Assembly: GCA_963791045.1 (NCBI GenBank) | Contig: CAWBQK010000001.1 | Span: forward strand, 96,001 to 160,000 | Length of the DNA stretch: 64,000 nucleotides | Source of the DNA: Candidatus Latescibacterota bacterium | GTDB taxonomy: Bacteria > Krumholzibacteriota > Krumholzibacteriia > WVZY01 | Direction of reading: 5' to 3' | Part shown: one piece after another, positions 37,711 to 46,034 of the stretch | How positions within the stretch are numbered: position 1 is the first letter of the stretch | How the letters are laid out: every line of letters starts with the position of its first letter | The notes under the pieces: model-generated | What the model was told of the DNA's origin: nothing | Database searches by the model: none | What the model saw: only the letters and a program-made list of their open reading frames with translations | Position numbers and translations under genes: made by a program

Positions 37711-39261
37711 TTATCGGCGCCTTCCAATCCCGATGAGACGTTTCTCAAAATCGGCGAGTTCACGAACGGCGACAAGAGACGCAACATACGCGGCTAGACC
37801 GACGGGAAGACCGATCGCAAGCACGAGCATTAGATGGACCCGATCCACGAGGAGGGTTTTGCAGCCCCACCAGGCGAGCGCACCCCCCATCCCCGCGATC
37901 ACGATCCGCAGCACGGACACCCACGGAATGCGCCATTCGAGATGCGACTTCGCGACAAAATACACCATGAGCGGGTACAGCGCGAAACTCACGAGCGTCG
38001 TCACCGCAGCTCCCTGATATCCGTACGAAGGGACGACGACGAGGTTGAGCCCAATGTTTACAACACAAGTGACGAACACCATGACGAACATCAACCCTGT
38101 TTTCTCGAGGAGTTTTATGCCTTTGTGTCCGTACATCGCGAAATTCCACAGGAGCGATCCGACGAGAATATATGGAATGATCGTGTACCCTTCCCTGAAG
38201 TCCCGTCCCAGGAAAACCGTGACGAGTTCGCGCGCATAGACGATCGCGAAAACCGTCACCGGCACCGCTGCAATCAGGTAGTAGCGGGAGAAAGTCGATA
38301 CGACCATCTGGATTTTTTCACGGTGCCCTTCCTCCCACGCGTTAACAATGAGAGGAAGCGCGGCGGAGAGAAGCGGCGCGGCGACAAAAGAAATACCCAT
38401 GGCGACGAGCGTGTAGTTCGCCGCGTAAATTCCTACCTCCGCCGACGGACGGAAAAGCTCGATGATGAAACGGTCGGATAGATCGAGAACCTTGACCCCG
38501 AGCGCCCACCCGATAACGGGCAGCCCGTACCTGAAAAACTTCTTCAAGAGCGCCGTATCGATAACGGAACCGTGCCCCTTCAAACTTTGAAAAGCCCGAA
38601 GTTCGAACACCATCGGGCCAAGGAGAACGAGATACGCCACACTCGCGCCTATGACTAGGCCCATCACGTCCCTTGATACAAATAAAACAAAGGCCAGGGA
38701 GAATACGAGCCGGCCCACGGCAAAAGCGACCTGATAGCGAGAAAAGACGCTCGATCTCAAGTCGGCGCGGAAGGCGGCATTCTGGACAAAAAAGATCACG
38801 CCGGCGACCATCCACACGACCGCGGGCACATAGTATCTGCCGTACCCCCCAAGAACCGACACCGCGGGGCGGTACAACAAAAGCGCCGCGGCGAAAACAC
38901 CAATACCCATCACCCACAGGATCACGGCCAGTTTGCCGATAAACTCACCCGTGCGGCCCTCCGCGCGGTATCGGGGAAGATATCTCAAAACGGATTGCTG
39001 GATCCAACCGGCGAGGATGCCGGTGCCGATCGCAACCACGGAAGTGACGAGCGCGTACTCACCGTATGGAGCCGGAGCGAAGATACGTGTAAAAATGGAG
39101 ACGCTCAAAAAGCTAAGGAATGCGGGCAAAACCACGGCTGGAATATATCTAATGGTGTCCGACCCGAGACGAGATACGATTGCGTCAAGCATCGCGTCAT
39201 CGGGGAGCGATGACGAATCGTCCGGGGTGGGCGGATCAGGTTCGTTGCGTTTCCCGGCCAT
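37711..39261 (-). CDS. Oligosaccharide flippase (Wzx/MOP family)
   Basis: About 14 TM helices; IFTRIF.P..YG.Y, YGLP, SDRFII, EVGIYAANY, NIGLNLVVVPSYGYQGAAVTT. Confidence 0.9.
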   Translation of the reverse strand: MAGKRNEPDPPTPDDSSSLPDDAMLDAIVSRLGSDTIRYIPAVVLPAFLSFLSVSIFTRIFAPAPYGEYALVTSVVAIGTGILAGWIQQSVLRYLPRYRAEGRTGEFIGKLAVILWVMGIGVFAAALLLYRPAVSVLGGYGRYYVPAVVWMVAGVIFFVQNAAFRADLRSSVFSRYQVAFAVGRLVFSLAFVLFVSRDVMGLVIGASVAYLVLLGPMVFELRAFQSLKGHGSVIDTALLKKFFRYGLPVIGWALGVKVLDLSDRFIIELFRPSAEVGIYAANYTLVAMGISFVAAPLLSAALPLIVNAWEEGHREKIQMVVSTFSRYYLIAAVPVTVFAIVYARELVTVFLGRDFREGYTIIPYILVGSLLWNFAMYGHKGIKLLEKTGLMFVMVFVTCVVNIGLNLVVVPSYGYQGAAVTTLVSFALYPLMVYFVAKSHLEWRIPWVSVLRIVIAGMGGALAWWGCKTLLVDRVHLMLVLAIGLPVGLAAYVASLVAVRELADFEKRLIGIGRRR

Positions 39262-39269
39262 GGTGTTTT

Positions 39270-41078
39270 CTATGTGCCGTCCGAGATACGGCGCATCGTG
39301 TTGAGTTTTTCGTAGTAGCTGCGAAGAACGTCACGCCGACGAATCATCCCCAGGAGCTTCGCGCGGTCTTCGCGTTCGACAACGGGGAGTGTGTCAACTT
39401 CGTTCTCCGTAAACTTACGCAAAACTTCGCCAAGGTTTTCATCGAGCGTAACAAACGGGATATCCTCGTTCGCCACCTCTTTCATAATGAGAAGATTGTC
39501 GAGATCCCGTTCGACGAGGATTTCGCGGACGTCATTTATCGAGAAGACGCCCGTCATCTCTCCCTTCTCGTTCACCACGGGAAAGTTTTGCTGATCGACC
39601 TCGGTCATTATCGGGATGAACTCGCGCAGCGTGAGATTTTCTTTTACATACTGAAAATTCGTGTCCGGCTGGAATATCTCGCGAACATAGATTTCTTCGA
39701 GAAGATCTTTTGCGAAATCGCCGTAATGCGCCGGCGAATCGATGCGTGTGGGAACCTGGTTCTCGTAGATACTCCAACGCCGCCCGATGATGAATGCGAT
39801 CGCGCAAACCCACATCGCTGGGACGAGGAGGTTGTAGTTCCCCGTCATTTCGCTCACCATAATGATCGTGGAAATCGGCGCATTGGATGCCGCCGAAAAG
39901 AACCCGGCCATACCGACAATCACAAACGCGCCGGGCTGAGCGACGAGCGCCGGCGTTAACTGATGGAAGATCTTGCCCACGGCGCCGCCAAGGGCGCCGC
40001 CGATCACCATCGACGGACCAAACACACCACCACTTCCACCCGACCCAATAGAGAGGGACGTCGTTACGATTTTGCCCAGCGCTATCATGAGAAGAAGCCC
40101 AATCGCGACCTCGTTGTGGATCGCGTCCTGGATCACACCGTAGCCAAATCCAAGCGTTTGGGGGAGAAAGAACCCCACACACCCCGCAAGGAGACCGCCG
40201 ATGGCCGGCTTGAAGTGGTTGGGAATCTTGAAACGCTTAAACAAGTCGCGAATACCGTAGAAACATTTTACATACAACGGCGACGCCAGGGCCACGACGA
40301 TCGCGAGGACTGTATAGGGCCCCAACTCGAACGGATGCGAAAACGCAAAAGTGCTCCGTTCGAAAAGCGGTTCAAACCCCATGATGAGCCCGAATGTCGA
40401 ATAGGCAACAATCGTTGTGACAAACGCGGGGATAATGACTTCGGTTTCGAACTCGGGTTCCTTGTAAAGAATTTCCGCGGCAAAGAGCGAACCGGCAAGC
40501 GGCGCGCGGAAGATACTCCCGATACCGGCGCCAAGCCCTGCGGCAAGAAGCACACGCCGGTCGCGCGCTGAGAGATTCAGTTTGTCCGCGAGAAACGATC
40601 CGAACCCGGCGCCGATCTGTGCGATCGGCCCTTCGCGGCCTCCCGATCCGCCCGAACCCAACGTTATCGCCGAGGCAATCGCCTTGACGATCGGCACACG
40701 CCCGCGAATTCTCCCGTGCTTGTTGTGGAATGCGTCGATCGCCGCGTCCGTCCCGTGACCCTCCGCCTCCGGCGCGAAGACATAAACGATGACGCCGGCG
40801 AGGAGTCCGCCGAGCGCCGGGATAATTATAAGAAGATAGCGGCGAAATGGTGTGCTGGTGGGCGCGAACAACGGAGGCTCACCATAAGGCTCATCGGGGC
40901 GGAAACCGGCGAGCGCGTCGAGAAGATAGTGCTGTCCGACCTGGCACAAGAAGTAGAACACCACGGCCCCGAGGCCCGCTACCACACCAACGACCACGCC
41001 GAACATCATGTACCGGCCGATCGACCGGACATTGAACACGGCGATAATTCGCAACACAAACCGCTGGAGCTTCGTCAT
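39270..41078 (-). CDS. ClC chloride channel/antiporter with two CBS domains
   Basis: GHGTD, GSGGSGGREGP, FRAPLAG, GGSGGVFGP, C-terminal CBS pair. Confidence 0.94.
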   Translation of the reverse strand: MTKLQRFVLRIIAVFNVRSIGRYMMFGVVVGVVAGLGAVVFYFLCQVGQHYLLDALAGFRPDEPYGEPPLFAPTSTPFRRYLLIIIPALGGLLAGVIVYVFAPEAEGHGTDAAIDAFHNKHGRIRGRVPIVKAIASAITLGSGGSGGREGPIAQIGAGFGSFLADKLNLSARDRRVLLAAGLGAGIGSIFRAPLAGSLFAAEILYKEPEFETEVIIPAFVTTIVAYSTFGLIMGFEPLFERSTFAFSHPFELGPYTVLAIVVALASPLYVKCFYGIRDLFKRFKIPNHFKPAIGGLLAGCVGFFLPQTLGFGYGVIQDAIHNEVAIGLLLMIALGKIVTTSLSIGSGGSGGVFGPSMVIGGALGGAVGKIFHQLTPALVAQPGAFVIVGMAGFFSAASNAPISTIIMVSEMTGNYNLLVPAMWVCAIAFIIGRRWSIYENQVPTRIDSPAHYGDFAKDLLEEIYVREIFQPDTNFQYVKENLTLREFIPIMTEVDQQNFPVVNEKGEMTGVFSINDVREILVERDLDNLLIMKEVANEDIPFVTLDENLGEVLRKFTENEVDTLPVVEREDRAKLLGMIRRRDVLRSYYEKLNTMRRISDGT

Positions 41079-41219
41079 TCGTAAAACCCGCGGACACCCG
41101 ATCCGCCCGAATTGTGGTATGGGAAATTCCCTCTGAAGTCACGCACGAAAGGCGCGCGCGTGACGGCCAAAGGTACGTCTTACGGGGTGCTTTTGCAAGG
41201 TGTTTCAGGGGATCATCAT

Positions 41220-41310
41220 AGGATGTTAGATGGGCCTTTTGTTCGACTTTTCGCCCACCGCCCGTTCACGCATTCGGGCGAAGGAGAACAAAAGGCCCGG
41301 CTGCCATCCT
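41220..41310. repeat. Long imperfect inverted repeat downstream of nadE
   Basis: AGGATG/CATCCT, GGGCCTTTTGTTC/GAACAAAAGGCCC (13 bp perfect), TTCGCCC/GGGCGAA. Confidence 0.6.
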
Positions 41311-41320
41311 GGCGAAAAAG

Positions 41321-42967
41321 CTACAGGCGGTAGCGGGCGGCAATTGGCATCCTGCGCCCGGACCCGAAGGCCTTCGATGTCACCTTCAAACCCGGAGCCG
41401 CTTGCTTCCTCTTGTATTCGTTGATCCGAACCGTGTCGACCACCCAGGTCACCGTCTCGCGGTCGAACCCCGCCGCGACGATTCCGTCGATCGACTCGTG
41501 GTGGTCGACGTGGAGTTCCAGAATCCGGTCGAGGATATGGTACGGCGGAAGCGTGTCCTGGTCGGTCTGGCCGGGTTTGAGTTCCGCAGAGGGAGGGCGT
41601 TGGATGATCCGCCTGGGGATAACGGTATTTCCACGGTTGATATGATCGGCGAGTTTGAACACGAGTGTTTTCGGCACGTCGGAGATGACGGCGAGCCCCC
41701 CGCTCATATCGCCGTAGAGCGTGCAGTATCCCACCGAGAGTTCGCTCTTGTTCCCCGTAGAGAGCGGGAGATATCCGAATTTGTTTGAGAAAGCCATTAT
41801 GATGTTCCCGCGAATCCGGGCCTGAATGTTCTCCTCGGTGACATCGCTCTCCAACCCATCAAAAGATTTCATGAGAGCTCCGTCGTATCCCTTCATCAAT
41901 CCGTCGATACCGATAACCTGGAGTTCAATACCGAGGATCCCGGACATCTCCGTGGCATCCGCAAGACTATCCGGAGAGGAATACCGTGAGGGCATTGCGA
42001 TCGCGTGGACATTTTGAGGTCCAATCGCGTCAGCGGCGATCGCGGCAGTGACCGCCGAATCGATCCCACCCGAAAGCCCGACGACAACTTCCGTGAACCC
42101 GCACTTTCGAATGTAGTCACTAGTCCCCATCACAAGCGCGCGATAAACCGTATCGATGTCATCTTCGACTTCATACCCGGGCGCGGGACCATCGACGTCC
42201 GTTTCGACCGTCACCACGGCCTGATCAAAACTCGGAAGCACGCACCGCGCACAACCCTTCCTGTCGACGAAGAGACTCCGGCCGTCAAAAACGAGTTCAT
42301 CGTTGCCGCCAACCTGGTTGACAAAAACGAACCCGGAATCGTGGGCACGCGCATGTTCTTTCAACAACCTGTAGCGGACGGACTCCTTCCCCACGGAGAA
42401 CGGAGACGCCGATATATTGATAAAGAACGACGCGCCTTTTTGGGCGAGCATTTTGACGGGGTCGTACGGATAGGGCCGCCTATTCCACGGATCGGGTTCG
42501 TTCCAGACATCCTCGCAAATGGTCAACCCGAGTTTTTCGCCTTTGAAAACCACAAACTGGTTCTCCGTCGCCGCCCTGAAATAGCGGAGCTCATCAAAAA
42601 CATCGTATGTGGGAAGCAGCATCTTGGGTTGCCTGAAAAGCACTCGGCCTTCGGACACAAGAAACGCCGTGTTGAAGAGCGGTTTGCCGTCAGGGAGACC
42701 CGTGGGCTCGGGGTTGCCCAGAACGATCCCCATACCCGGATAAATATAGGACGATTCCACAACGCGTTTGAGGGCGAGCTCGGCGTGTTCGATAAACGAT
42801 GGAAATTCAAGGAGATCTTTTGGAGGGTAACCGGTGAGAACCAGTTCGGGGAAAACAACGAGATCGGCGCGCGCCTCAGATGCAATATTCAGCGTGTCCA
42901 AAACCTTGCGTACGTTTCCGTCGATGTCCCCGACAACGGGGTTTAGTTGTGCCATCGTGACACGCAT
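41321..42967 (-). CDS. nadE: Glutamine-dependent NAD+ synthetase
   Basis: Nitrilase domain (FPELVLTGYPPKD, K.LLPTYDVFDE, ICEDVW) plus synthetase domain (LSGGIDS, ENIQARIRG, TGNKSE, GYCTLYGD, PSAEL). Confidence 0.97.
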   Translation of the reverse strand: MRVTMAQLNPVVGDIDGNVRKVLDTLNIASEARADLVVFPELVLTGYPPKDLLEFPSFIEHAELALKRVVESSYIYPGMGIVLGNPEPTGLPDGKPLFNTAFLVSEGRVLFRQPKMLLPTYDVFDELRYFRAATENQFVVFKGEKLGLTICEDVWNEPDPWNRRPYPYDPVKMLAQKGASFFINISASPFSVGKESVRYRLLKEHARAHDSGFVFVNQVGGNDELVFDGRSLFVDRKGCARCVLPSFDQAVVTVETDVDGPAPGYEVEDDIDTVYRALVMGTSDYIRKCGFTEVVVGLSGGIDSAVTAAIAADAIGPQNVHAIAMPSRYSSPDSLADATEMSGILGIELQVIGIDGLMKGYDGALMKSFDGLESDVTEENIQARIRGNIIMAFSNKFGYLPLSTGNKSELSVGYCTLYGDMSGGLAVISDVPKTLVFKLADHINRGNTVIPRRIIQRPPSAELKPGQTDQDTLPPYHILDRILELHVDHHESIDGIVAAGFDRETVTWVVDTVRINEYKRKQAAPGLKVTSKAFGSGRRMPIAARYRL

Positions 42968-42982
42968 CGGACAATACCTCCG

Positions 42983-43047
42983 TGGCTCGGTTCAGGTGAT
43001 CCCGTGGCAACCCTCCCGAGGCGCGAACCTATTCGGCCTCAGAGCCA
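42983..43047 (-). promoter_or_regulatory. Candidate cis-regulatory RNA motif, copy B (leader of nadE)
   Basis: CTCTGAGGCC-gaat-AGGTTC...CCTGAACCGA, closed by TGGCTC/GAGCCA and abutting the GGAGG site. Confidence 0.35.
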
Positions 43048-43189
43048 AACGGAATGCCGACGCCGGTGAATCCGATTGTTCGGTCACCGATAGCGCCCAT
43101 GATCTGAAATTTGTATCGTGATCGTTTATTCCTAACACATTACGGCCGTCGCAGTCAAGAAAACGCCACAGACACGCCCCAGACCCCGA

Positions 43190-43579
43190 TTACGAGGATA
43201 TTTTCACAGCTTCGTCGAGAGCCGACGCGATGGCGGAGGGACTCCCCGTCGCAATGGCTCCGCTCAAGCGCACCGCCGCCTCGCCGATTCCGATGATCTT
43301 TCCCACCCGCTCGAGCTTTTTGACCGAGTTTTTCATTTTCCGTGTGACCCGGCCGACCTGATCGAGAACCGGCCCCGCGTCATCGAGGGCGAGGGTGATC
43401 GCCATGGATGTGAAATCCGACGAAGCGTTCAAGAGCGACCACTCGATTGACTCGATGTCCCGCCGCTGCCTGGCGGTAATGTTGTCCCAGTTCGCAAAGC
43501 GGTATGAGCCCAGTTTGACCGAAAGCTTATAGAACATCTCGGCCAACCCGCGGGCCTCCCCAGCGGTAAGACGCGGCAC
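43190..43579 (-). CDS. Hypothetical alpha-helical protein
   Basis: 129 aa; GTG start after GGAGGTG, 15 nt downstream of the lipoprotein gene. Confidence 0.75.
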   Translation of the reverse strand: MPRLTAGEARGLAEMFYKLSVKLGSYRFANWDNITARQRRDIESIEWSLLNASSDFTSMAITLALDDAGPVLDQVGRVTRKMKNSVKKLERVGKIIGIGEAAVRLSGAIATGSPSAIASALDEAVKISS

Positions 43580-43594
43580 CTTTCACCTCCGTTG

Positions 43595-44470
43595 TCAGAA
43601 CGCATCCATGACGTCACGAATCAACTCTTCGATTGTTTCCGTGTATTCGAGAATGAACTTCTTCATCTCCTTGGAATCGAGATCGTTCCGGTTGTCATAC
43701 AATTGCTGATGCCCTTTGGCAATCTTGCGGAGAATTTTTCCGTAGGCTCGGGCGGCGCCCCGTTTCGCGTCGAGCGTCGACTCTTCCTTTTGCCACAGGT
43801 CATAGACAAGAACGGCTGCAAGCGGCTCTTCTTCTCCCCCCGTTTTTACTTTTCCTAGAAAGTATTTCCGCGCCGCTTCACTTTCGCGATCGAGGAGCCG
43901 CAGGTAGTCCTCGCTAACGACATCATCGAGCATGGTGGTCAAAACCTGGATGTCGTCGTTGGTCCGCTCAATGGCTTTGCCCAGTTCGCTCCTCCGCCAA
44001 CCTCCGCCGGCGACTTCGACCAGGAAACTCGACACACCTTCGACGGCCTCCACCCGGCGTTCGTCGAACGGGTACGTATCCCCGAAAGCGTCAGCCAGGT
44101 CGTCAAACTCGTCGTCGTAATCCAGCGTTTTCTTATCGGCCAGTTTCGAAAGGGCCTTCAAATAGTCGACAAGGACACGGTTGGTTTTGCGAAGGCCTTT
44201 CGCCGCTTTCTTATAGTCTTTGCAGGCAGAGCCGCCGGCGACGCGAAGCGAGTCGAGGGTTGGATCAGACACGGAGAGACCTTGATAATACTGCTGGCGA
44301 ACACACGATCGGCTTATGTCTTTTTGGATACCGGCAAACTGTTCGCTCGCCGTCTTCGAGACCCCCGCATACCTCTTGACGGTGGTGGGAGCGGTGCAGC
44401 CGCTCGCGAAGAGAGCGGCGACGAGAACAATAACCGACACACCCAAAAATTTTCGTTCATTCTTAATCAC
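43595..44470 (-). CDS. Hypothetical alpha-helical lipoprotein
   Basis: GTG 44470 after GAGGTG; signal peptide ending FASGC; amphipathic helices throughout. Confidence 0.75.
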   Translation of the reverse strand: MIKNERKFLGVSVIVLVAALFASGCTAPTTVKRYAGVSKTASEQFAGIQKDISRSCVRQQYYQGLSVSDPTLDSLRVAGGSACKDYKKAAKGLRKTNRVLVDYLKALSKLADKKTLDYDDEFDDLADAFGDTYPFDERRVEAVEGVSSFLVEVAGGGWRRSELGKAIERTNDDIQVLTTMLDDVVSEDYLRLLDRESEAARKYFLGKVKTGGEEEPLAAVLVYDLWQKEESTLDAKRGAARAYGKILRKIAKGHQQLYDNRNDLDSKEMKKFILEYTETIEELIRDVMDAF

Positions 44471-44619
44471 GATTTTCACCTCGATATCTCGGGGTGCGGA
44501 AAACCTGGATGATGAACGGGAGGTGTCTGGGCTGTCGAGAGGGTCTCGTGCACCGACCGATGAAGGAGCTTCTACTCCTCTCGATTGTAAGACACACCGC
44601 CCTCCCGTGTCCATGCGGT

Positions 44620-44649
44620 TTGACTTGCCTGCCCCCGGTGGTCTATCTT
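44620..44649 (+). promoter_or_regulatory. Sigma70-type promoter for the amr operon
   Basis: TTGACT-N18-TATCTT. Confidence 0.5.
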
Positions 44650-44697
44650 TAGGACGAAGGTTCGGGTCGTGACGGGTCTCGAAACGGGCGGCTTCAC

Positions 44698-45972
44698 ATG
44701 TCCATTCTGAACGATTCGTTTTCAAAAGACCGGATGACGGCATCGGTGACGCGGCGCCGGTTTCTCGGGATCCTCGCGCGGTCGGCCGCTGTCGCCGGTG
44801 GCGCGGGCTTTCTCATAAACTCCCCGAATATCCCGAAGGCCATCGCCGCTAACTCGAGTTCGTCCACCGCAAAACTCAATCCAGCCGACGCGCCGCTCGC
44901 CAGATACTGGATCTCGTCGAACTCACGCGGCATCGACTGCTTGTCGTGTCATACGACCGATGACAACGTGGCCGGCGACCTCTTCGATCACGGCAAGGCC
45001 GTCATCAAGTGTGAGCTTTGCGCGCAAGCGTGCGTTATCCCTGAAGGAGAACGCGGTGAATGCCGCGCGCGGATGAATGTGGGCGGCACGCTGCGGAGCC
45101 TTGTCTACGGACGTCCCGTTTCCGTCCATGTCGATCCCATCGAAAAAAAACCGTTTTATCATTTCATGCCGGGCTCGGCCGCGTTCTCGATGGCGACCGC
45201 GGGGTGTCCGCTCCACTGCAAATTTTGTCAGAACTGGGAAATCTCCCAGTCGCGCCCCGAGGATTTCAACACCGAGTTCGTACCGCCCGACGCAATCGTA
45301 CACGAGTCGCTCAAACGTAACGCGCCGGTAATTGCTTTCACATATAACGAGCCGACGGTATTTACGGAGTACCTGACCGATATCGCGCGGCTCGCCCGCG
45401 ACGACGACATCAAATGCGTACTGATCAGCTGCGGGTTCATGAACGAGAAACCGCTCGACGAAATGTGTTCAGTACTGGACGCGATCAAGATAGATCTCAA
45501 AGGATTTGACAAGGAGTTCTACCGGCGAGTGTGCGGCGCCGAACTGGACCCGGTGTTGAGGAGCATCAAACAGGTTGCGAAGAGTGGGATCCATCTCGAG
45601 ATTGTCAACCTCGTCGTGCCCACGCTGAACGACTCCGATGAAATGCTCACGGGACTGGCGAAATGGGTGGTGGATGAGGTGGGTCCGGATGTACCCATCC
45701 ATTTTACGCGATTCCACCCCGATTATCAGATGCTTAACCTGCCGCCGACTCCGGTGGCGACACTCGAGAAAGCGTACGAGATCGCGAGGGACCAGGGTGT
45801 TCATTATCCGTTCGTGGGCAATGTTCCCGGTCACGAGGGAAATAACACCTATTGTCCACAGTGCGGCCAACCGGTCGTCTCCCGAAAAGGATTTTTTGTG
45901 TCGGATATTAGAATCGAAAATGGGCACTGCACGCAGTGCGGCGAAACCATCGCGGGGGTTTGGACGGATTGA
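44698..45972 (+). CDS. amrS: AmmeMemoRadiSam system radical SAM enzyme with Tat signal
   Basis: TRRRFL Tat motif; VDPIEKKPFYHF.PG, GCPLHCKFCQNWEISQ (CxxxCxxC), AFTYNEP, IDLKGF, HFTRFHP, C-terminal CPQC..CTQC. Confidence 0.94.
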   Translation: MSILNDSFSKDRMTASVTRRRFLGILARSAAVAGGAGFLINSPNIPKAIAANSSSSTAKLNPADAPLARYWISSNSRGIDCLSCHTTDDNVAGDLFDHGKAVIKCELCAQACVIPEGERGECRARMNVGGTLRSLVYGRPVSVHVDPIEKKPFYHFMPGSAAFSMATAGCPLHCKFCQNWEISQSRPEDFNTEFVPPDAIVHESLKRNAPVIAFTYNEPTVFTEYLTDIARLARDDDIKCVLISCGFMNEKPLDEMCSVLDAIKIDLKGFDKEFYRRVCGAELDPVLRSIKQVAKSGIHLEIVNLVVPTLNDSDEMLTGLAKWVVDEVGPDVPIHFTRFHPDYQMLNLPPTPVATLEKAYEIARDQGVHYPFVGNVPGHEGNNTYCPQCGQPVVSRKGFFVSDIRIENGHCTQCGETIAGVWTD

Positions 45973-46034
45973 CCGCTCGTCCGCGAAAAGCCAGCGAGGG
46001 TGGCTCACGAGAGAGGTTCACGAAAGAGGCTCGA

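Noticed and set aside
41079-41320. Fluoride riboswitch and fluoride-specific ClC
   Set aside because: No GGCGATGG..GCTAATGAC-type core in the leader, and the protein has GHGTD/GREGP/GVFGP rather than the GNNLI/GREGT/GEVTP fluoride signatures.
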